DNA from: Octopus sinensis
Lineage: Eukaryota
DNA length: 64,000 nucleotides
Reading direction: 5' to 3'
NCBI RefSeq assembly: GCF_006345805.1
Contig: NW_021836142.1
Span: 196,611-260,610 of the forward strand
The notes below the pieces were generated by a model that searched no databases, was not told the DNA's origin, and worked only from the letters and a program-made list of their open reading frames with translations. The translations under genes and the position numbers were made by a program. This document shows, piece by piece, positions 1-9,799 of this stretch (within the stretch, counting starts at the first letter, position 1; each line of letters opens with the position of its first letter).

Positions 1-138
1 GACGAGCAATAGAGAGTTTATTGTCTTCATCTGATATCTTCCACATTTAATATGGTGACTGTAAAACTACAATTGCATCATGGAAGATACATTTTTAGTT
101 ACGTAAAACGCAAATTGATATTGATTTAGTAACAGTTC

Positions 139-538
139 GGCGCAGGAGTGGCTGTATGGTAAGTAGCTTGCTAACCAACCACATGGTTCCATGTTCAGTC
201 CCACTGCGTGGCATCTTGGGCAAGTGTCTTCTGCTATAGCCCCGGGCTGACCAATGCCTTGTGAGTGGGTTTAGTAGACGGAAACTGAAAGAAGCCTGTC
301 GTATATATATATATATGTGTGTGTCTGTGTTTGTGTATCTGTATTTGTCCCCCCAGCATTGTTTGACAACCGATGCTGGTGTGTTTATGTCCCCGTCACT
401 TAGCGGTTCGGCAAAATAGACCGATGAATAAGTACTCGGCTTACAAAGAATAAGTCCCGGGGTCGATTTGCTCGACTAAAGGCGGTGCTCCAGCATGGCC
501 GCAGTCAAATGACTGAAACGAGTAAAAGAGTAAAAGAG
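139..538 (+). mobile_element. tRNA-derived octopus-type SINE, family A (full length)
   Basis: A box TGGCTGTATGG, B-box-like GTTCAGTCCC, internal (TA)(TG) microsatellite, (GTAAAAGA)n tail; more than 20 copies in the window. Confidence 0.9.
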
Positions 539-888
539 TTGCTTAGCTGTAATGCCACATATTTCATGTGTGGGGATGTAGTATTTAGGAGGGTTGCATG
601 GGGCCAAGTCTAGAGAAGCTAACATTGGAAAGAAAGACATGAACAGTTGACTTGCTGTAGATGAAATATATGGATAGCCCAGCAGGAATGGGAGAAAGAA
701 TGATAGAGATCTGATGTCAGGGCATAGCCTTGAGGTACAAAAGGTACATAAAAAGAGAATAGGAAGACGGAGAATGAGAATCATGGATGATTGGTCTGGT
801 AGGTGGATGAGATGTATAAAATCATATCCACATATAGTTATATATCTAAATTTATATAAATATGGATAAGATCGTTAATTTAAATTAA

Positions 889-1109
889 CCCGTTAGTGTT
901 CGCATTATTCTGCCAAAATTAATCCTTTTTCATCCACATTGTTTTAAACTAATTAGGCATTATCTTGTAGCTATGAGATTTTGATGAGGTAGCTGTTAAT
1001 TTTTAAAACGATATTGTAGGATTGGTGTGAGAGACCAGATCTGGTCAGTTTGACCATAAAACAGGCAGAATACTTTTGGCCGGATATGGCCAGTTTAAAT
1101 GCTAAAGGG
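889..1109. mobile_element. piggyBac-type MITE
   Basis: TTAA on both sides (885-888, 1110-1113); TIRs CCCGTTAGTGTT / AATGCTAAAGGG. Confidence 0.8.
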
Positions 1110-1611
1110 TTAAATAACGATCTTATCAAGTGGTCAGTATGGAAATAAAAACCTTCAAAGGTAATAATTATTAAAATTATAACTTAGGGTATCTAATGAG
1201 GTATCTAACGAGGCAAAGCATTTCTAAATGCAAAACCAGAAATCCGGGATCTGGAATTATCCTGTAATTTTTTAATAGTTTTATTTTGTCTTTTTGTCTT
1301 CTCTCCTTGTGCTATATGAACACTTAATGTGGGTTTAGAGTCAGATCCTGGCTGCTATTTTCAGCATGGCAGTATCTCGTAGATACCCTAAGTTATAATT
1401 TTAATAATAATTATAGTTATATATCAATAAACATTGATGTATGTATCTGTGTGTATATCTGTAAAGAGGTGGGTTGAAGAAGGACATAGACAAGTGAAGA
1501 AAAAATAGGAGAGGCCACAGAAAGTTTCAAAGAAGGTAAACAGGGGAGTTAAGAGGGAAGTTATTAGACATCGGTTTGCGACTGTTAGAAAGGTTACAAA
1601 TTCCATGACTA

Positions 1612-2023
1612 TTCTTTTCTTTTATTCGTTTCAGTCATTTGACTGTGGCCATGCTGGAGCACCGCCTTTAGTCAAACAAATCGACACCAGAACTTATTCT
1701 TTGTAAACCTAGTACTTATTCTATTGGTCTCTTTGGCTGAACTGCTAAGTTACAGGGACGTAAACACACCAGCATCATTTGTCAAGCGCTGTTGGGGGAC
1801 AAACACAGACACAAAAACGTATAGACACACACACATGCATAAATATATATACATATATACGATGGGCTTCTTTCAGTTTCCATCTACCAAATCCACTCAC
1901 AAGGCTTTGGTTGGCCCGAGGCTATAGTAGAAGACACTTGCCCAAGTTGCCACACAGAGGGACTGAACCCGGAACCATGTGGCTCATGAGCAGGCTACTT
2001 ACCACACAGCCACTCCTATGCCT
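1612..2023 (-). mobile_element. SINE family A
   Basis: Reverse-complement match to the 139-538 copy. Confidence 0.9.
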
Positions 2024-2396
2024 ATGTTATCACATTTCATAAAATCTGTATTGAAAGATATTGTAGACAAACAAAGAGTTGAAGTAAAGAAATTAATGAT
2101 TTCAAATGCAAAGACCACAGGGTTCAACTGGGCTAAAGAGTCCTACAACAAGGAAGATAAGTCTTGGTTGCTGATAATATGTGATCTGACATGGTTTCCA
2201 ATTCAAGTGCGGTACAACAAAACTGAAACATTGGAGCTGGATTCTTTGCAAGGAACATTTAAACATGGAAGAACTTTTTACTGAAAATTATTTAAATAGC
2301 AATAATATATCTCTGAGCGCAGTGACTTTTCGTCACTGGAAAAACGATATATATTCGCAAAGGGAGGCCTACTTTTCATTGACAACCGTTGATTGT

Positions 2397-2441
2397 CACA
2401 AGCTGATGACGGGTCAATACTCAGAAACTCGAGTCCGTGTG
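2397..2441 (+). ncRNA. Minimal type-I hammerhead ribozyme (copy 1)
   Basis: CACAAG-CTGATGA-C-GGGT/CAAT/ACTC-A-GAA-ACTCGAGT-C|CGTGTG. The core is intact, helix III is the palindrome ACTCGAGT, the predicted GUC cleavage is after 2435, and stem I has 5/6 pairs. Confidence 0.85.
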
Positions 2442-2670
2442 TATCATAAGTTGAAGACGGGAAGGATGGCTTCCCTTTGCAAATACTGATAGGGCACAGA
2501 AAGTGTGTCTATAGCCAGCTGGAGGAAGTGTCCTCCTGGGGCTACAAGCTACAGTAGCATCCATCCTTAGTGGTTAGCCACATTTAAGTGGCAAATATAC
2601 TTTTCGTCACTGGAAAAACGATATATATTCACAAAGGGAGGCCTACTTTTCATTGACAACCGTTGATTGT

Positions 2671-2715
2671 CACAAGCTGATGACGGGTCAATACTCAGAA
2701 ACTCGAGTCCGTGTG
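2671..2715 (+). ncRNA. Minimal type-I hammerhead ribozyme (copy 2)
   Basis: Identical to copy 1 and 274 nt downstream; predicted cleavage after 2709. Confidence 0.85.
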
Positions 2716-3199
2716 TATCATAAGTTGAAGACGGGAAGGATGGCTTCCCTTTGCAAATACTGATAGGGCACAGAAAGTGTGTCAATAGCCAGCTGGAGGA
2801 AGTGTCCTCCTGGGGCTACAAGCTGCAGTAGCATCCACCCTTAGCGGTTAGCCACATTTAAGTGGCAAATATACTTCACGGTATTTAAATAACCCCAAAT
2901 ACTATCGAATACTTGATAAAAAGTCTATTACCCACCTTTTCTAATATAGGAATTGATAAGAAGACCACTATTTTTCAAGAAGCAATGCTATACAAACAAT
3001 GCTATACAAACAAAATATTACAAGAATGCAGAAGTCACAGAAACAGATATTTGAAAAATGGTCGCTCAAAGCCCCAATATCGACATCAGTAGAGCATGTA
3101 CTGGTATGACTTAATAGCAAATTGTGAGCAAGATGACCAAGCATTTCAGCAATTACAGAACTGTAAAAGGAATTGACTGAAAAGTGAATAAAAACAGAT

Positions 3200-3618
3200 C
3201 TCTTTTACTCTTTTACTCTTTTACTTGTTTCAGTCATTTGACTGCGGCCATGCTGGAGCACCGCCTTTAATCGAGCAACTCGACCACGGGACTTATTCTT
3301 TTGTAAGCCCAGTACTTATTTTATCGGTCTCTTTTTGCCGAACTGCTAAGTAACGGAGACATAAACACACCAGCATCGGTTGTCAAGCAATGCTAGGGGG
3401 ACAAACACAGACACACAAACACACACATGCATATATATACTTATATATATATATACGATGGGCTTCTTTCAGTTTCCGTCTACCAAATCCACTCACAAGG
3501 CTTTGGTCGGCCCGAGGCTATAGTAGAAGACACTTGCCCAAGGTGCCACGCAGTGGGACTGAACCCAGAACCATGTGGTTGGTAAACAAGCTACTTACCA
3601 CACAGCCACTCCTGCGCC
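3200..3618 (-). mobile_element. SINE family A
   Basis: Full-length match. Confidence 0.9.
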
Positions 3619-3834
3619 TATCAGTCAGTTATTGATAATGCAATCAAAATCATGTTTAATTGGGTAAAAGCTGTGATATTAGCTAAAGGTGAGGCTGGAA
3701 CTACAAATTACCAAGAGAGCATTTTATTCCTTTTGGATAAATTTTCATGATGATAATACCAGTTAAATTAATGTTACAGTTCAAGAGCTTCTGTATAAAG
3801 TTTGTGTAAGCAGCCACTATGTGTATGTGTGTAA

Positions 3835-4030
3835 GAAGTGGCTACATGGTAAGAAGTTTGCTTACCAACCACGTGGTGCTACTGCATAGGAACTTGGGCA
3901 AGTGTCTTCTACCATAGGTCAGGCCAACCAAAGCCTTGTAAGGGATTTGGTAGATGGAAACTGAAAGAAGCCCATCATTTATATATATATATGTATGTGT
4001 GTATATATATGTGTGTGTGTGAGTGTGTGT
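3835..4030 (+). mobile_element. SINE family A, 5' part
   Basis: Head through GGAAACTGAAAGAAGCCC. Confidence 0.75.
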
Positions 4031-4049
4031 ATATATATATATATGTTCT

Positions 4050-4200
4050 GGAGTAAGCACATAAATGTGAAACAAGGTGGAAAAAGAGTACTCAAATACC
4101 AGAGGTAGAGTAATATGCTTTATTTAAAAGCAGCAGAATGGGAATATGAAACTCTGAGTAACAGCTTTTGTTATATTTCTGCTGCTTTTAAATAAAGTAT
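4050..4200. repeat. Inverted pair of short repeat-end fragments with a truncated hammerhead 3' half
   Basis: Arms 4115-4138 and 4177-4200 pair at 23/24 positions. The spacer contains GAA-ACTCTGAGT-A-ACAG (helix III and cleavage site) but no CTGANGA. Confidence 0.55.
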
Positions 4201-4815
4201 ATATATATATATATATATTATATTATATTAAATTAGAGATAAAACTACTATTAGGCAAATCAAACAGTGAAAATCATAAACCAATACATAGAAATAAAAT
4301 TAATTAAAAATATATAAATAATATAAAATATAAAATATAAAAATCCAATTAAAATATTTAAATTAAAGTTAAAATTTTAAAAAATTATTTAAATTAATAA
4401 TTTAAACTTCATCATCATCATCATCGTTTAACGTCCGCTTTCCATGCTAGCATGGGTTGGACAGTTCAACTGGGGTCTGGCAAGCCCGAAGGCTGCACCA
4501 GGCCAGTCAGATCTGGCAGTGTTTCTACAGCTGGATGCCCTTCCTAACGCCAACCACTCCGAGAGTGTAGTGGGTGATTTTATAAATTATAAATATATAT
4601 ATATTTTTATTATTATTTTATTTAATTATTTTTTTATTTATATTTTTTATTTTTTTATATTTATATATTTATTTATTTATTTACTTATTTTTTATTATTT
4701 TAATTTTTTTTAATCTATCAAAAAGTATTAAAAGTTTAATATAAGATAAAGATAAATAAGATAAATACTTTTTGATAGTTTAAAAAATAAATAAATAAAT
4801 AAAATAATAAAAAAA

Positions 4816-4850
<35 letters not shown>

Positions 4851-5172
4851 AATAATAAAAAAATAAATAAATATAAAAATATAAAAATATAAAAATATAA
4901 AAATATAAAAATATTAAAAAAAAAAAATATTTTTTAAAAAATAAATAATTAAATAAGATAATAATAAAAATATATATATATTTATAATTTATAAGTTTAA
5001 ATTATTAATTTAAATAATTTTTTAAAATTTTAACTTCAATTTAAATATTTTAATTGGATTTTTATATTTATATATTTTTTAATTAATTTTATTTCTATGA
5101 TTTTATGATTTTCCCTGTTTGATTTGCCTAATAGTGGTTTTATCTCTAATTTAATATAATATATATTTATAC
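4200..5172. repeat. ~1-kb AT-rich imperfect palindrome (foldback), left arm interrupted by an RTE-tail repeat (4409-4578)
   Basis: 4200-4408 is the reverse complement of 4990-5172, 4577-4730 pairs with 4755-4990, and the centre is near 4740. Confidence 0.8.
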
Positions 5173-5276
5173 TATAAAATTAGATTTAATCCTAAATCTA
5201 ATTTTTCCCTGTAAGTTTGGATTTACTCCCTAATATTATTATTATCATTATATATATATATATATATATACACACA

Positions 5277-5942
5277 TGATGGGAAGTCAAAAATTATTTG
5301 CACTTTCACCATAACATATCTTCATTATTATCACACTGCCTTCTGCACGTGCATGCTTATAGTTGGTACTATAGTGGTCATGTGATCGAAGTTAGAGCAT
5401 AATGGCTCCATTTTTCTTTCTGGCTTTATAGTGTAAGCATGGCCACTCCACTACCAATGTGCACTAAAGAAGAACAAAGAACAGTGATCTGGTTTCTCTG
5501 GTTGGAAGGTGTGTCAGGTACTGAAATTCATTGGAGGCTTTTAGCACAATACGGGGACAGTGCAGTACCATGTAGAAGTGTGTATGAGTGGACTGAGAGG
5601 TTTAAAAGTGGCTGGACAAGTGTGACACATGAAGAGGGAGCAGGACACTCGTCAAGCTCCACCACTGATGGGAAGATTCAGCAAGCTCGGGAGATGGTAA
5701 TGGTGAACTGGTTCACCATTACCATCTTTTGGATCACTGCTTTATGTTCTTCTTTGCTGCACATTGCTAGTGGAGATGCCATGCTTACACTGTAAAGCCA
5801 GAAATAAAAATGGCACGATCAGGCTCAAACTTTGATCACGTAACCACAATAGTACCAAATATAAGCATGACTGTGCAGAAGGTGGTGTGACAATAAAAAG
5901 TATGTTATGGCAAAAGTGCAGATAATTTTTGACTTCTCCTTG
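5277..5942. mobile_element. Non-autonomous mariner derivative made of two left ends (foldback), containing the transposase N-terminal HTH fragment (5439-5710, +)
   Basis: MATPLPMCTKEEQRTVIWFLWLEGVSGTEIHWRLLAQYGDSAVPCRSVYEWTERFKSG matches the mariner HTH region. 5735-5942 is the reverse complement of 5277-5510, with a perfect 17-bp palindrome at 5692-5727 and TA at the right end. Confidence 0.85.
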
Positions 5943-5969
5943 TATGTGTGTGTATATGTGACTTTCTGC

Positions 5970-6176
5970 CTGTGTTTGTCCTTGATCACCACTTGACAAC
6001 TAGTTTTGGTGTATTTACATCCCTGTAACTTAGTAGTTAGGCAAAAAGGCTGATAGAATAAGTACCATGCTTTAAAAAACAAAAAACATAAGTTCTGGGG
6101 TCAATTTGTTCAACTAAAATTCCTCAAGGTGGTGCCCCAGCATAGCCACAGTCTAATAACTGAAACAAGTGATAGA
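5970..6176 (+). mobile_element. SINE family A, 3' part (diverged)
   Basis: TGTTTGTCC...GATAGAATAAGTAC...CTGAAACAAG. Confidence 0.7.
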
Positions 6177-6324
6177 TATAAAAGATATATAAAAAAAATA
6201 AATACACGCACACACACACATATATGTATGTATACAAATATTTATATACATACACACACACACACATACTCACATACATGAGAGTTATATGGAAAGTAAG
6301 GCAAAAGTAGGATAAAAAAATTGG

Positions 6325-6530
6325 TGGGGTGGGTAGCTGCCAGACAAAGTGCACCATGACATTTCTTCTACCTTATATTCTGAGTTCAAACTCCACAAAG
6401 GTTGACTTTGACTTCCATCCTTTTGGAGCCGATGAAATAAGTATCAGCAGAGCACTGGGGACAATGTAGTTGACAAGCTTCCTACTCCCAAAATTTCAAG
6501 CCTTGTGCCAATAGCAGAAGGGATTACCAA
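6325..6530 (+). mobile_element. SINE family B (diverged)
   Basis: TTCTGAGTTCAAA...GTTGACTTTG...CACTGGGG...AAAATTTCAAGCCTTGTGCC. Confidence 0.7.
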
Positions 6531-6607
6531 ATGATACAGGTTGTTCAAATTGCTCATCGCAGCAGAGTAACACTTTATCTATACAAAGATATTACTAAGG
6601 AGTTTCC

Positions 6608-7002
6608 AGCAGGAGTGGCTGTGTGGTAAGTAGCTTGCTTACCAGCCACATGGTTCCGGGTTCAGTCTCACTGCATGGCACCTTGGGCAAGTGTCTTCTA
6701 CTATAGCCTCGGGCTGACCAAAGCCTTGTGAGTGGATTTGGCAGATGGAAACTGAAAGAAGCCCGTTTTATATATGTATATATATGTATGTGTGTGTGTG
6801 TTTGTGTGTCTGTGTTTGTCCCCCCAACATCACTTGACAACCAATGCTGGTATGTTTAATCCGCATAACCTAGTGGTTTGGCAAAAGAGGCCAATAGAAT
6901 AAGTACAAGGCTTCCAAAGAATAAGTCCTGGGAGCGATTTGCTTGACTGAAGGCGGTGCTCCAGCATGGCCGCAGTCAAATGACTGAAACAAGTAAAAGA
7001 GA
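6608..7002 (+). mobile_element. SINE family A
   Basis: Full-length match. Confidence 0.9.
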
Positions 7003-7337
7003 ATAGCACTACTGATGCATTTGTACAATCATTGAACCTCCACCATTGATTCCTCTTTGAAATGGTTTCAAGTGTGAACAGTTCTAGCGTCTTTTTCACA
7101 GCCAATTTTTGACATGGTCCAATTCATCAAATACACTATCTGCAAGGACCATCCTTTATTAGATTGTGCACTTGGAAGTTGAAGAACACCAAATCTGGGC
7201 TGCATGGTTTGTGTGACCAGTAACCAGCCCTCTTTACTGATTGTCTAATTTGTTGCCAAATCTTTATGTGGTTGCCCACTATCTTAATCAACGTAGACCG
7301 TTTGCAGATTTTTGTCCAGTCTCTACCTCGTAATGGC

Positions 7338-7760
7338 TCTCTTTACTCTTTTACTCTTTTACTTGTTTCAGCCATTTGACTGTGGCCATGCTGGAGCACC
7401 GCCTTTAGTCGAGCAAATCGACCCAGGGACTTATTCTTTGTAAGCCCAGTACTTATTCTATCGGTCTCTTTTGCTGAACTGCTAAGTGACGGGGACGTAA
7501 ACACACCAGCATCGGTTGTCAAGCAATGCTAGGGGGACAAACACAGACACACAAACATATACACACACACACATATATATATATACATACATATATACGA
7601 CAGGCTTCTTTCAGTTTCCGTCTACCAAATCCACTCACAAGGCATTGGTCGGCGCGGGGCTATAGCAGAAGACACTTGCCCAAGATGCCACGCAGTGGGA
7701 CTGAACCCGGAACCATGTGGTTGGTTAGCAAGCTACTTACCACACAGCCACTCCTGCGCC
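7338..7760 (-). mobile_element. SINE family A
   Basis: Full-length match. Confidence 0.9.
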
Positions 7761-7924
7761 TAAGTTTTTGAGTATCTTTTTTCATCATTTGCTGTGCAAA
7801 GTATAGCCACTTACCAGAAAATTAAGAAGAATGATGCCCTTATCATCCCCAAAGACAATCATCATGACTTTCTGTGTTTATTGCTAGCTGTTGAAATTCT
7901 TAGGCCACAGAGAAGTGGTATGAT

Positions 7925-8287
7925 ACTATTCTTATTTCTTTACTGCCCACAAGGGGCTACACACAGAGGGGACAAACAAACAGATAAAGTTGATTATATC
8001 GGCGGGACGGCGCTTCGAAGCATCATTCCCGGGTCGGGTCCGCGCGTTCGCCGCGACGTTCGCGCCCTCCGGCGTTCCCGCTCCGACTCAGGTGTAGCAG
8101 GCGGCCGGGGACCCGAAAGATGGCGATTATATCGACCCCAGTGTGTAACTGGTCCTTATTTAATCAACCCCAAAAGGATGAAAGGCAAAGTCGACCTCGG
8201 CAGAATTTGAACTCAGAACATAGCAGTAGACGAAATACTGCTAAGCATTTCACCCGTTTTGCTAATGATTCCACTAGCTCGCCGCCA
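7925..8287 (-). mobile_element. SINE family B carrying the rRNA-like insertion
   Basis: The reverse complement has the head GGCGGCGAGCTAGTGGAATC, the B box GAGTTCAAATTC and the body GTCGACTTTGCCTTTCATCC. Confidence 0.85.
8002..8124 (+). pseudogene. 28S rRNA-like fragment (D3 expansion region into conserved core) inserted in a SINE
   Basis: 123 bp at about 72% GC, ending GGACCCGAAAGATGGCGA, close to the conserved eukaryotic LSU motif GGACCCGAAAGATGGTGA. The upstream AGGTGTAGCAG resembles AGGTGGAGCA of D3. Flanked by the 10-bp direct repeat GATTATATCG (7992-8001, 8125-8134). Confidence 0.6.
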
Positions 8288-8667
8288 TATGATACTCTTC
8301 TGTGCACTGAGCCTTCATTTTGAGATCAAAAACATATGCCCACATTTCCTCCCCTGTGTTATAAAAAAATGTCTTTGATGGCTTCAATGATTTCCAGTCG
8401 ATTAGAATAAACTTCCATTCTTCTCTCTTCCAAACCAGGTGGCAACTGCCAAGGTACATACTTTGCACACAATTTCTAATTCCCAAAGCCTTCCACCATC
8501 TTCAGTAATATGTTGTGGGAGCAGTCCAGTTGTGCAGAAAACTCATGGATTGTGAATTGTTTGTCTGCAGAAGGTAATTTGTGCACCCACTGACAATCAT
8601 TGTCAGAGGTCACGGCGTAAGGCTTTCCAACTTACTTTAAACTCCTTCATCTGTCTGTGAACATTGC

Positions 8668-9082
8668 TCTTACTCTTTACTCTTTTACTTGTTTCAGTCA
8701 TTTGACTGCGGCCATGCTGGAGCACCGCCTTTAGTCGAACAAATCAACCCCAGGACTTATTCTTTGTAAGCCCAGTACTTATTCTATCGGTCTCTTTTGC
8801 TGAAACGTTATGTGACGGGGATGTAAACACACCAGTATCGGCTGTCATGCAATGCAAGGGGGACAAACACAGACACACAAACATACACACAAATACATAT
8901 ATATATATATACATATATACGACAGGCTTCTTTCAGTTTCAGTCTACCAAATCCACTCACAAGGCATTGGTCGGCCCGAGGCTATAGCAGAAGACACTTG
9001 CCCAAGATGCCACGCAGTGGGACTGAACCCGGAACCATGTGGTTGGTAAGCAAGCTACTTACCACACAACCACTCCTGCGCC
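8668..9082 (-). mobile_element. SINE family A
   Basis: Full-length match. Confidence 0.9.
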
Positions 9083-9545
9083 TATTGCTGTTATCAGTGG
9101 TATTATCTCAATAACAACAACAACCTGTAGACTTCTCAGAATGCCAGACAAACTGTACCCTTTCATCAAGAACTCAATGATGGAACACTGGTTCTGCTTG
9201 GGATTTATTATTTGCCTGAAATCAAGAACAGGAAGAAGAGTTATAATAGAGAAATAGATACTCTACTCACATGAGCAATTTGATATGAGATACTGGTGAT
9301 GCCCCAGCTTGGCTACATCATTTGGGTTTAGATGCATAGAAAAATGAAAGAATAACTGTACACACACACACACTCACGTTTATATATATATATATATTTT
9401 TGGGGGGTGGCTAATTTTGAAATTAAATCGGCAGTTTATATTTACTGCTGAGTAAACCGTGCGAGCGTGGTGGATTTTGAAAATTTATAGCATATAGACT
9501 CGAGGCATGTTTATCGTCGCCTCGTGGATATATGTTAGTCCTTGG

Positions 9546-9631
9546 TTTTTCTGCTGACGAGGCAACGCCAGTGGTAAATAAATTAATTTTATTTACAAAA
9601 GATTGCCGAAACTATGCATAGTCCAGAAAGG
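9546..9631 (+). ncRNA. Type-I hammerhead ribozyme with extended helix II
   Basis: Stem I TTTTTCTG/CAGAAAGG (8 bp including 2 GU), core CTGACGA (9554-9560), stem II GGCAA/TTGCC enclosing a 9-bp AT hairpin, GAAA at 9608-9611, palindromic helix III ACTATGCATAGT, GUC site with cleavage after 9623. Confidence 0.9.
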
Positions 9632-9747
9632 AGAGGGTAAACGTTTTTATTTCTCTTTCCATTTCAGAATTACAACTATTAGTGGTTTGGAGTTTGGCTG
9701 CTCTTTCTAGTGAGTCGGATGTCCTATTATGGCCATCCCTTATATGT

Positions 9748-9784
<37 letters not shown>

Positions 9785-9799
9785 CATGGAGAGCGGACG

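Larger units (their letters stand above)
2299..2881 (+). mobile_element. Retrozyme-like insertion: tandem dimer of a 274-bp hammerhead-containing unit (units 2325-2598 and 2599-2872), flanked by a 10-bp direct repeat
   Basis: The two units differ at about 5 of 274 positions, and each carries a type-I hammerhead. TATTTAAATA occurs at 2289-2298 and 2882-2891. Removing the insert restores an in-frame decayed LINE reading frame. Confidence 0.8.
2030..3190 (+). mobile_element. Decayed non-LTR retrotransposon 3' ORF fragment (restriction-like endonuclease type), split by the hammerhead dimer
   Basis: Translations ...NKEDKSWLLIICDL...VRYNKTETLE... and WKNFLLKII*ITPNTIEYLIKSLLPTFSNIGIDKKTTIFQEAML resemble the C-terminus of the RLE domain (by eye). 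The frame is continuous once 2299-2891 is removed. Confidence 0.4.
7010..8660 (-). mobile_element. Decayed mariner transposase, interrupted by two SINEs
   Basis: Minus-strand fragments in the expected order: KLCAKYVPWQL...TGEEMWAYVFDLKMKAQ (8290-8660), KVMMIVFGDDKGIILLNFL (7770-7900), PCSPDLVFFNF...KNW (7010-7330). Confidence 0.75.

Noticed and set aside
7526-7771. Recurrent ORF MLGGQTQTH...[13 protein letters not shown] (many copies)
   Set aside because: Antisense reading of SINE family A; not a protein family.
8002-8124. HDV-like ribozyme reading of the GC-rich insert
   Set aside because: P1-like GGCGGGA/TCCCGCT exists, but L3 is too short and no GG follows P1. The rRNA motif explains the insert better.
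7794-8210. 138-aa ORF
   Set aside because: Chimeric: antisense mariner, SINE and the GC-rich insert.
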